Below, in pieces: positions 8,912-16,649 of a stretch of DNA of 20,000 nucleotides. Source of the DNA: an uncultured virus (IMG/VR IMGVR_UViG_3300031519_004497) (Duplodnaviria; Heunggongvirae; Uroviricota; Caudoviricetes); IMG/VR virus record IMGVR_UViG_3300031519_004497. The stretch is one strand, 5' to 3'. The notes below the pieces were generated by a model. It was not told the origin of the DNA. It did not search any database and worked only from the letters and a program-made list of their open reading frames with translations. Position numbers and translations under genes: made by a program. Positions within the stretch are counted from its first letter, which is position 1; each line of letters starts with the position of its first letter.

Positions 8912-9513
8912 GCTTCAAATACTCTCTCGAATGTAGTAGTTAAGTTGTAAAATAAGGAATTAGTATATCCGACAGACCACTCTGAAGAAATAACCTTTAC
9001 CTCTCTTTCATTAGGGTTGGTAAAAGTCAGCTCAATAGGCGATACTGCGATATTCTGAGTAGTGCTTAGTGTTAAATTGACGGCATTAACACCTGATATA
9101 CCCTCCACAATAGATCCTCCAGAGATACCAGTACCCGATACTCCTGCCCCTACGGAAATATTCAAATTATTAGGGGTGTTAGTCAGGGTAATTGCTGTAC
9201 TTGCTCCTGATGGAGTGTTTCCGGTACCTGTATATGTAGTAGTTGAGTTAGTATCTGGGTATGTGAAACTAAAGGAGGCAACCCCCTTCTTAGACTCAAA
9301 GAAAGCTACAATATCATCAATGTCTTCTTTGGTACGATTGTTAAAGGACAGACTAAAACTAGAGCCTACAGAATTCAGTCCATCAGCAACTCTTTGCTGA
9401 TACCCGTCCCCGAACTTAGCAACGCGGACAGCAGTTTTAGAGCTGTTGCTAAGTGACCTATCTGGTATAACTTTTGATGTAGTAACACCGGTTACTATGA
9501 ATCCTATAGCCAT
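8908..9513 (-). CDS. Distal tail protein, lambda gpM-like, with an inserted ~74-aa domain
   Basis: VRVAKFGDGYQQRVADGLN..FFESKKGVASFSFTYP..VKV..WS..TFERVF matches the gpM family pattern. Immediately follows the tape measure gene. Confidence 0.88.
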   Translation of the reverse strand: MAIGFIVTGVTTSKVIPDRSLSNSSKTAVRVAKFGDGYQQRVADGLNSVGSSFSLSFNNRTKEDIDDIVAFFESKKGVASFSFTYPDTNSTTTYTGTGNTPSGASTAITLTNTPNNLNISVGAGVSGTGISGGSIVEGISGVNAVNLTLSTTQNIAVSPIELTFTNPNEREVKVISSEWSVGYTNSLFYNLTTTFERVFEA

Positions 9514-12500
9514 TATGACACTCCGTAAGGATTAAGTATCCCGCCTGATCTTTTCTGCGACTGAAGTTCTTCTTGTACTGCGGAAGCAACCATAGCCCCT
9601 ATATTTTTGCCCATCTCTGAGTTAGATTGGCTACTCTGCTGGCCCCCGCCTTGTCCGTCCATACTAACATTTACAACTACATTATTATTTTGTCCGCCGG
9701 CACCATTCAGAGTAACTGGTATACTTCTATTGTCAGGAAGTGGTACCACTGCTTCGTTACCATGAAGAGTTGCGGCGTACCCTGATTGAGGCCCTCTTGC
9801 CGTACCGCCTCTTGAATAATTATTTTTATTTAAAGAATAGCCGCCCTTTGCGTACCCAGGAGTTATACCCCCTTTTTCAAAACCTAAAAAAGAACCGAAG
9901 CTAGTTCCCTCAAGTAGCTTCATAACTAACATTTTGGCCATGATTTGTGCAAGCATTGATAGCATATTCCTAGCCATGTCCGCAAAGGCCTGTTTAGCAC
10001 TTTTAGTACCATCTATTAAAGAAGCAAAAGCACCTATAAATCCATTTCTTAATCCATCTGCTATCTGTATTTGGGACTCGAGTAAAAAGTTTTGCTTATC
10101 TATTTCTCGGGCTTCTGCTCTGAGAACCTCCATCTGGGCTCCACTTAATCGGTCAACCTGCAGGTCTTTAGCCAAAGCGGCTTCTAATCGTTTTAATGTT
10201 AAATTACTATTAAAAACACCTGTGAGTTCGCGCTGTATAGCCAACTCCTCCTTCTCTGCTGTTAGTGTTCTCATGAACGTCTGTTCTGTCGCGTCTCTGG
10301 TCTCTTTCTGTAGGTTCAGGTCTTTTACTTTCTCCGCTGATCCTAGTATTTCTTTATCTTGCCCTGCCATCTCTCCTGTTGCCTCAGCTACAAGAGTACT
10401 TGTGCCTCGTCGTACATAACTAGAATTAAGGCCCATTTCAGTAGTCTCTATACCTTGTAGCTCCTTCATCTTCTTTTCGAAACTTTCCTGTCGTTTGAAC
10501 GCAAGAGTTTCGCCATTGGCTTTCTCATCAGCAATAGCCTGGATCAAGTTCTGGCCCGTCATCCTTCCAATATTTGCTCTTGAGCTCCTTGTACCCCCTC
10601 CCTGGTCGCTCTCTCTTTTAAGAGCCCTTTTAGTAACTGAGGCGGCCGCTTCTCTTTGCATACGCTGAAGCTGAAGTATATTCATCTGCTTCTGAAGATA
10701 TAGTTCTTCTTTCATATTATCGAGTTTTTCTTCTGCCCTTTTAAACTCCTCCACAGCTAAAAGCTTTTTCTCTCTGGATAGCTCTAATTGCTCTTGTGCT
10801 CTTACTGTATCCTTTTCAGCAGCAGCCTCTGCCGCAAGAATCGCAAGTTCATGCGCCTGATCTGCCTTTGCAAGTTTAGCTGCATTTGATACTCTTTTTA
10901 TCTCTAAGTTCTCTATCTTACCTTGTATAGTTAAGCCTAGCGTCTGTCTTTTTAGAGCGTTTTTTGCATCCGTTTGTAATTTTCTATTTTGCGTCACCAT
11001 GCTGTTGTTTAACTTCTCGGATTTAGTAAACAAGTCTAGATGTTTGTCTCTTAGCTCTTTTTCTTTTTTTAGTGCGTCGTTGGTCTCAGTCGTCTTCTGT
11101 ACAATGAGTTCGTGCTTTTCAAGGATTTCAGCAATCACGGTCTCCTGCTTTGCCAGTGCTTCTACCTTCCTTTGTTCTGTCTGCATCTCCTCAGCGAGTG
11201 GTCCTGCCCCCATAAAGCCCGCTGGACCTGGGCTAGACGAGCCAATGGCTTGAATAATTCTGTCCTTAAGACTAACTTCCGGTCTGACCGCGCCGCTGGC
11301 GAGATTATCCATATGAGTCCGCGCATCTATCATCTCTTTTACGACATTGGGAAACTTTGTATTCAGAAACTCTAGTTGTCGTGCTGTCGTGCTGTCTACT
11401 ATACTGTTTAACTGCTTTAGAAGCATCCTCTGCTCCTGAACAAAGGCGGATAAAGGAGTAGTCGTAATCTCAGATTTTAAGAAGTCGTTTAATGCGGCTT
11501 TAGCACTCTTTAACGAGTCGGGCAAAGTATCCACATCATTACCCGCTTGTGCGATACTAACACCTAAGGCCCTCATCTTCTCTGCGACGCCGTCTGCGAA
11601 TGTTGCAGTACCATCCATTAAGGATTGTAGCCCTATAAACTCGGGGTTAATAGAAATTAACTCTGCTATTACTTTATTTATGTCCTTGGCTAAATCTTGG
11701 TATTCTTTGCTTGTCTCGTCCATACCATCTAATTGTTGTAAATTAGTTATTATACCTGCTACGTCTGCGGATTGTACGCTTCTTCCCATACTTGAAGTAA
11801 TTTCACTTCCTGCCATGAATTTATTTCGAGCTATAGCAGCATTACGCATTTCTTCTGCTAATGTCTTATACTTACCTGTCAGCCCTTCTATTACATTAGC
11901 TTGCCTTTCCATCTCATCCGTTATAGGTACAAAGTACCTATAGATGGCCTTTACGCCATCTATAATCATTGAGGCAATTCCAACAAATGCAATTAATTTA
12001 AATGCTCCATTCATAAGTCTAGCTGCTTTAGATGCTAAGCTAGACATCATACCCATGGCTCCCGCCCAAGCAGCTTGTATACTGCCTGCCATCACTTTAC
12101 CTGCGGAAGTTATACCCCTAAATATTTGCCTAGTTTTAGCTCCATGTTTTTGAAGTGCAAGGATTCGTGCGTCTAACGATTTTTGATGATCAAGAATTTG
12201 TTGTCTATTCTGTCCTTGTAGATAACCAGTCGTGGCGGCTGCATTGTTCTTTGTCTGGTCAAGTGCGTTTTTTATTATTTTCTGTGCAGCTCTTTGACCT
12301 GATTTAGTGTCAACCTCACCTCTCATAAAGTTTAGACCCGCAGATTTCGTACTTGTGCCGCTAAGATTTTTAGTTGCTTTTTTATTCGCTTTATCCATAG
12401 CTCCCTGGCGATCTTGAAAAGCTCGTTTTGTTACTGCTGCGTCTTCTTTAACCTCTCTTCTATACTTTTCAGAATACGCGCTTTGTTCTTCTGCATTCTT

Positions 12501-13487
12501 TTTTGTAGCATTAGACCAAGAACTAAGACTAGGAATGATTGATTTAATTATAGGTAATGCAAAAAGCGTAAAAGTTGCAGTTAGTGCTGCTGTATTCTGA
12601 GATAAAAACAGAAATGCAGGTATTAGAGTCTCTATTAAACCTATCTTAAATACATTGACAAGATCGTCAAAAGATTTTGTAAACTTTGATAACGCAGCAG
12701 CGTTAGGATCCATTAAGTCCTGAATGGCTCCAAACTTTTTCTCGGCTTGCGTCAGAACTTCATTTGTAACCGCCTGGGTTCTTTCAAAAGCAGTTAAGGC
12801 GTCCCTAGACTTACCTATAGAATCTGCGTATGCTTGAGTAGCGGGCTCTAGCCTCAGTATAATACCTAATTCATCTAGTAACTCTGGCTCTGCTTTAGTA
12901 ACACCCCTAACTAGCCTGTTAAAGGAGTCCGTTAGGTCTCTTCCTAAGGCGAAAGATACATTCTTAGCTGCAGCGCCTAGTGCTGTTAACTGACCCGCAG
13001 TAAGCCCGGCTGCGGTACCAATGGCAGCGGCCTTTGCAGCATCTCCGTATTTAATCTGGGCATCCGTAGCTGCAATAATACTATTTGTCATAGTTTTATA
13101 AGCAGTGCCTGTTATAGCCCCTAAAGCTTCTTGTCCTTTAATTAGATTCCTAAAGTCACTTGCATCTGACATAAACTGAAAAGCAGCAGAGACTGCAAAG
13201 ATTTGTGCCGCAAGAGTAGCGTAAGCTCCTACAAGCCCTCCCATACCTTGCTGCATCTTAGAGAACTCTTTAGTGGTGTTTCCCGACATCTTGGCCGTTC
13301 CACGCATATTTCTATCTAAATCTTTCTGAGACTTGCTAAGCTTCTCTGTATTTTTTGCGCCCCTTCCAGCGGCTTTACCAGCTTTGTCAAGTTGTATACC
13401 AAGCTTATCCGCGTCCATAGCTACGCGCTTAGTAGTGCCTTTGTCATCGATTATAATATCGATCATTACTTGATTTTTCTTAGCCAT
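9513..13487 (-). CDS. Tail tape measure protein (1324 aa)
   Basis: Long helical Ala/Lys/Glu-rich protein with hydrophobic segments. N-terminal GRDLTDSFNRLVRGVTKAEPELLDELGI resembles T5 pb2; C-terminal FEKGG/YAKGG/YSRGG and QEELQSQKRSGGIL resemble lambda gpH. Follows the chaperone genes. Confidence 0.93.
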   Translation of the reverse strand: MAKKNQVMIDIIIDDKGTTKRVAMDADKLGIQLDKAGKAAGRGAKNTEKLSKSQKDLDRNMRGTAKMSGNTTKEFSKMQQGMGGLVGAYATLAAQIFAVSAAFQFMSDASDFRNLIKGQEALGAITGTAYKTMTNSIIAATDAQIKYGDAAKAAAIGTAAGLTAGQLTALGAAAKNVSFALGRDLTDSFNRLVRGVTKAEPELLDELGIILRLEPATQAYADSIGKSRDALTAFERTQAVTNEVLTQAEKKFGAIQDLMDPNAAALSKFTKSFDDLVNVFKIGLIETLIPAFLFLSQNTAALTATFTLFALPIIKSIIPSLSSWSNATKKNAEEQSAYSEKYRREVKEDAAVTKRAFQDRQGAMDKANKKATKNLSGTSTKSAGLNFMRGEVDTKSGQRAAQKIIKNALDQTKNNAAATTGYLQGQNRQQILDHQKSLDARILALQKHGAKTRQIFRGITSAGKVMAGSIQAAWAGAMGMMSSLASKAARLMNGAFKLIAFVGIASMIIDGVKAIYRYFVPITDEMERQANVIEGLTGKYKTLAEEMRNAAIARNKFMAGSEITSSMGRSVQSADVAGIITNLQQLDGMDETSKEYQDLAKDINKVIAELISINPEFIGLQSLMDGTATFADGVAEKMRALGVSIAQAGNDVDTLPDSLKSAKAALNDFLKSEITTTPLSAFVQEQRMLLKQLNSIVDSTTARQLEFLNTKFPNVVKEMIDARTHMDNLASGAVRPEVSLKDRIIQAIGSSSPGPAGFMGAGPLAEEMQTEQRKVEALAKQETVIAEILEKHELIVQKTTETNDALKKEKELRDKHLDLFTKSEKLNNSMVTQNRKLQTDAKNALKRQTLGLTIQGKIENLEIKRVSNAAKLAKADQAHELAILAAEAAAEKDTVRAQEQLELSREKKLLAVEEFKRAEEKLDNMKEELYLQKQMNILQLQRMQREAAASVTKRALKRESDQGGGTRSSRANIGRMTGQNLIQAIADEKANGETLAFKRQESFEKKMKELQGIETTEMGLNSSYVRRGTSTLVAEATGEMAGQDKEILGSAEKVKDLNLQKETRDATEQTFMRTLTAEKEELAIQRELTGVFNSNLTLKRLEAALAKDLQVDRLSGAQMEVLRAEAREIDKQNFLLESQIQIADGLRNGFIGAFASLIDGTKSAKQAFADMARNMLSMLAQIMAKMLVMKLLEGTSFGSFLGFEKGGITPGYAKGGYSLNKNNYSRGGTARGPQSGYAATLHGNEAVVPLPDNRSIPVTLNGAGGQNNNVVVNVSMDGQGGGQQSSQSNSEMGKNIGAMVASAVQEELQSQKRSGGILNPYGVS

Positions 13488-13918
13488 TATCCTCTTACAT
13501 TATGGGTGTATGTTTTACCCCCTTGCTGTGATTTACGCTCTTCTTGTTTACGCTTTTCTTCAGCTTTTTCTACCCTATGGTTTACAAGTACTACTTCATA
13601 CATTTTCATGAAAAATAGTGTAGTTTTCTTATCTTCTATCTCGTAAAGCTCAAACAGTTGAGGACACTGTGTCCAGACTTTCCCTAAATAGCTGCCAGAT
13701 GCTCCGTCCCAGTTATCTGATAAAAGAGAGAACATAAAAAATGCCACTTGGACTTCCTCCGGAAATTCAGAAGAGTCGAGCGGCATTCTGGCGGGATCGG
13801 GTTCCTCTCCCATTTGTTCACATATTCTCAGATACTTTTCTAAGTCTATGTTACCTTGTTCTTGTACATACCTTTCAAGTAGTTTATGTATCTCTACTAC
13901 TTGTTTTTGGTAAAATTT
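13487..13918 (-). CDS. Tail assembly chaperone, frameshift (gpT-like / T5 p138-like) segment
   Basis: The frame of the listed 13487..13813 ORF stays open upstream to 13918, adding KFYQKQVVEIHKLLERYVQEQGNIDLEKYLRICEQ. It overlaps the end of the upstream chaperone gene in the -1 frame. No clear RBS before the ATG at 13813. Confidence 0.8.
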   Translation of the reverse strand, partial: KFYQKQVVEIHKLLERYVQEQGNIDLEKYLRICEQMGEEPDPARMPLDSSEFPEEVQVAFFMFSLLSDNWDGASGSYLGKVWTQCPQLFELYEIEDKKTTLFFMKMYEVVLVNHRVEKAEEKRKQEERKSQQGGKTYTHNVRG

Positions 13919-14340
13919 TCAAGGTCACCTACCATTTCAGTTACCCAGGTATCAAAGTCTGTTGCGTTTTTCATCAACAGTTCTGAGTTTTCCTGATTAA
14001 ACGGTAAAGTATCCTCTGGATTAAGGTCACTGACATCCACCAATAGAAGCTCTTCTAAGAAGGAATATTTTAGGCCTTTCCATCCTTTTATAACTGCTTT
14101 ACAGTATTCTATAATAAATTTGTCCTCATCCATTTCTTCGATTGGTTGATGACTTTTCTTATCCCATTTGGTGCTAAGACACCTTTTTCTGAGTTTCACA
14201 AGCTCTTCCCGCGCTAGATAGCATAAATCTACAGTCATTCCCTCAAATCGGGGGTAGTCCATAGTAACTGTCTTGCTCGGAGTCATAAGACTCTTTAATG
14301 AAACTTGTGGCTTAGTTGCTGTTGCTGTGCTTTCTGTCAT
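13897..14340 (-). CDS. Tail assembly chaperone (gpG-like / T5 p139-like)
   Basis: 147 aa between the tube and tape measure genes; motif VIKGWKGL..FDTWV..DLENF; AAGGA RBS. Confidence 0.85.
   Translation of the reverse strand: MTESTATATKPQVSLKSLMTPSKTVTMDYPRFEGMTVDLCYLAREELVKLRKRCLSTKWDKKSHQPIEEMDEDKFIIEYCKAVIKGWKGLKYSFLEELLLVDVSDLNPEDTLPFNQENSELLMKNATDFDTWVTEMVGDLENFTKNK
13912..13918 (-). other. -1 programmed ribosomal frameshift slippery site A AAT TTT
   Basis: X XXY YYZ heptamer in frame (GAA AAT TTT ACC), four sense codons before the TAG. The -1 frame opens exactly here, after a TGA. Confidence 0.8.
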
Positions 14341-14369
14341 GGGTTATGTATCCTTGTGTTTAGAGTTAA

Positions 14370-14417
14370 ATTATACGGTATAAGACGATAAATGTCAAGA
14401 AGTATTTTTAAGTTGGT
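14370..14417 (-). promoter_or_regulatory. Perfect-consensus sigma70 promoter with UP element, driving the chaperone-tape measure-tip operon
   Basis: TTGACA (14398-14393), 17-nt spacer, TATAAT (14375-14370), preceded by ACCAACTTAAAAATACTTC. Confidence 0.9.
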
Positions 14418-14445
14418 GAAAGAAATAAGGGGCCGAAGCCCCTTA
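14418..14445 (-). terminator. Intrinsic terminator after the major tail tube gene
   Basis: Minus strand TAAGGGGC-TTCG-GCCCCTTA followed by TTTCTTTC: 8-bp stem with a cUUCGg tetraloop. Confidence 0.88.
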
Positions 14446-14459
14446 CATAATTACTACAT

Positions 14460-16133
14460 TTAGTATGTAGCGGGTGGCCTATAAGTTATACTAGTAATCT
14501 CATCAGCCTGTCCGAAGTCTGTCGGAAGTGCGGTAAAGTTAGTCTCGAGCGAGATCACATCCTCAATAGAGTGAGAAGGAACCTCAATGTGAGCAGTTGG
14601 GAAGACAATCGATAAACAAGGATTAACAGTGTCTGCTGCTGCAGCCGTTCCACCTACGTCCATTGTTATCTTAAACTTGTTCACAACTTTTGACATAGCG
14701 CCAGTACCTACCAAGTCATTAAAGAACTGTCGAGAAGTACCATTAGTGCTATCAGTATCTTCCAGAGTCAAGTAACAAGTTGCGTTACCCGTAGCAGTTC
14801 GTGTTCCTGTTACGTGCTCAAGCGGCTTGTTAATTGCACCCAATTCTTCTGGTACCAGATAAGTAATATTGTTTCCAAGATTAAAGCTACCACCAGTAAG
14901 AGTAAGGCTGTACTTTCCGTTAGCTACAGTACCTGTACTTGAACTCCAAGCATTAGTTAGTACAACTACACCAGTACTCGCATGGCCTGTCAAAGCAAGA
15001 GCCGAGCTAGTATAGAGCCTAAAAGTAGTTGCTGTTTTTGCTCCCACAAAGTTATGTGTAGAGTTAAGCTCAGTGGTTCCAGCTACACCCGTAATAAATA
15101 CTTGGTCACCATTACTGAAATTATGATCAGTTGATGTAGTAACTGTATTTGAGGTCGTATTAACAGCACTAATGACTGCGTGCTGTCCAGGGAATACTCC
15201 AGGTACTTTATCAGTACCTCCAGTTTCACCTGACTCAATAGTTACACCAGTAAGACGATTACGAATAAAGTTCTTAGTACTTGTAATAGCTTCATCAATA
15301 GCTTGGGTTCCTGCTACATTACTTCCTGAAATATCATCTACAATAGATACTGCTCGCGTGTTGCCTGTATTAATAATAATGTCACCAAGCGCTAAATCAC
15401 CTGTTCCAGTGCCTACTCTACCATTTGATTTAGTAGGTGTGGCATTCGCAGATACAACTAACTTTGAAGAGTTATCTTGAATTTCTTTTGCGAAACCAGA
15501 CCAGTTAATAGTAGCAATACCATCAACATCAAAGTCAACACTTGCCTCGTTCACAATAGCTTCTGGCATTCTATACAGCAAGGGATTTGATGTTGCTGTG
15601 TCGATTAAGAAGAATAATGTAAATGAATGTAATGCTGATCTGTTTGACTCACCAATAGTAACAGTACTAGAAGTAGATGACGCAGTTATAACAGATGCGT
15701 CTGCTCCACCAACAGGCTGTATGTTTCGTACAAAATTATTAGAAAGAACTTTATCTGCGCCAAACATAGAAGCCCATAAAACCTCTTCTACCGCGTGGAC
15801 TTCAGTAGCTGCATCCGCTGCTTGTGACCCAGTAGCAACACTACCTGCCAAAGATTTGAAAGGACGCGCATATGTACTGAACGACCATTCTGCCGGTGCA
15901 AGAGAGTCAGTAAACATACGACGACCTCGTCTACTTATACCTGCACTACTTTCCATTTCTGCCAGAGCAATCTCTGACGTATTTGTTGTTTGTGAAAAGC
16001 TGTATCCGTCCAATACAGGAATTTCCCACAAAGCTCCCTTTCCTAAATCAGTGCTAAGCTCAGAGTTTTCAGTTGTGTTTCTGAACTGAATAAACATCCG
16101 AGTATCACGGCTGAAATATAATTGTTGTGCCAT
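14460..16133 (-). CDS. Major tail tube protein, T5 pb6-like (557 aa)
   Basis: RDTRMFI..RRGRRMFTDSLAPAEWSFSTY, FIRNRLT, TGGSFNLGNNITYLVP and AHIEVP..EDVISLETNFTALP resemble T5 pb6 as recalled (RGSKRFNDSLNAAEWSFSTY; ITGGTFTINNNITYLTP). GGGAG RBS. Confidence 0.88.
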   Translation of the reverse strand: MAQQLYFSRDTRMFIQFRNTTENSELSTDLGKGALWEIPVLDGYSFSQTTNTSEIALAEMESSAGISRRGRRMFTDSLAPAEWSFSTYARPFKSLAGSVATGSQAADAATEVHAVEEVLWASMFGADKVLSNNFVRNIQPVGGADASVITASSTSSTVTIGESNRSALHSFTLFFLIDTATSNPLLYRMPEAIVNEASVDFDVDGIATINWSGFAKEIQDNSSKLVVSANATPTKSNGRVGTGTGDLALGDIIINTGNTRAVSIVDDISGSNVAGTQAIDEAITSTKNFIRNRLTGVTIESGETGGTDKVPGVFPGQHAVISAVNTTSNTVTTSTDHNFSNGDQVFITGVAGTTELNSTHNFVGAKTATTFRLYTSSALALTGHASTGVVVLTNAWSSSTGTVANGKYSLTLTGGSFNLGNNITYLVPEELGAINKPLEHVTGTRTATGNATCYLTLEDTDSTNGTSRQFFNDLVGTGAMSKVVNKFKITMDVGGTAAAADTVNPCLSIVFPTAHIEVPSHSIEDVISLETNFTALPTDFGQADEITSITYRPPATY

Positions 16134-16196
16134 AGTTTATCTCCCTATGATCCTGAAAAGACTGAATCGTGAACGTTTGTTCGTGTCAGTATCTTC

Positions 16197-16649
16197 TTAG
16201 TAACGAACCTCTATTAGAATCTCTCCGACTCCAAGAGGGTCTAGTACCCCTTCATCAGTATCAATACTGAGAATAGTAATTTGATGTGTATGCTGCTCTA
16301 GTCCATTTCTATCGTGGTAGAGCAACTGACCGTTTTCTTCAAGGACTGTTTCTACATCTTCCAATAATTCGTCCAATGCGCCTACTGAGTCCTCTTGGTT
16401 TACATAGCAACGTACTGTTACATTTAAAAACCTGTCCTTATATCCTGCTGTCTGGTACTGTCTAGTTTCTGACCCTGCATTCAAATGAACTGCCGGAAAT
16501 TCTTCTACTTCGTCCCAAAACTTCAGCCTTGCACTAGTTTCAGCAACTGCTTGGTAGTACAACCCTCTACCGTCTATCTTAGCTATAATATTTGCAAGTG
16601 CTGTAGTTATTCCTGATCTACGAGAAGTATATGCTCTTTCATTTGCCAC
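16197..16649 (-). CDS. Tail terminator protein, T5 p142-like
   Basis: EEFPAVHLNAGSETRQY..SIDTDEGVLDPLGVGEILIEVRY resembles T5 p142 as recalled (EFPYVAVHIGTE..STDEGLLAPYG..VRY). GTG start overlapping the upstream TAG; directly before the tube gene. Confidence 0.82.
   Translation of the reverse strand: MANERAYTSRRSGITTALANIIAKIDGRGLYYQAVAETSARLKFWDEVEEFPAVHLNAGSETRQYQTAGYKDRFLNVTVRCYVNQEDSVGALDELLEDVETVLEENGQLLYHDRNGLEQHTHQITILSIDTDEGVLDPLGVGEILIEVRY

Noticed and set aside
7832..9234. Duplicated M/L segment as a diversity-generating retroelement TR/VR pair, intein or intron
   Set aside because: Both copies are in-frame coding, differences are not adenine-specific, there is no reverse transcriptase in the window and no intein C/S...HN termini.
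13487..13813. 108-aa ORF as an independent gene starting at 13813
   Set aside because: No clear RBS, and the frame extends to the slippery site; better explained as the frameshift segment.
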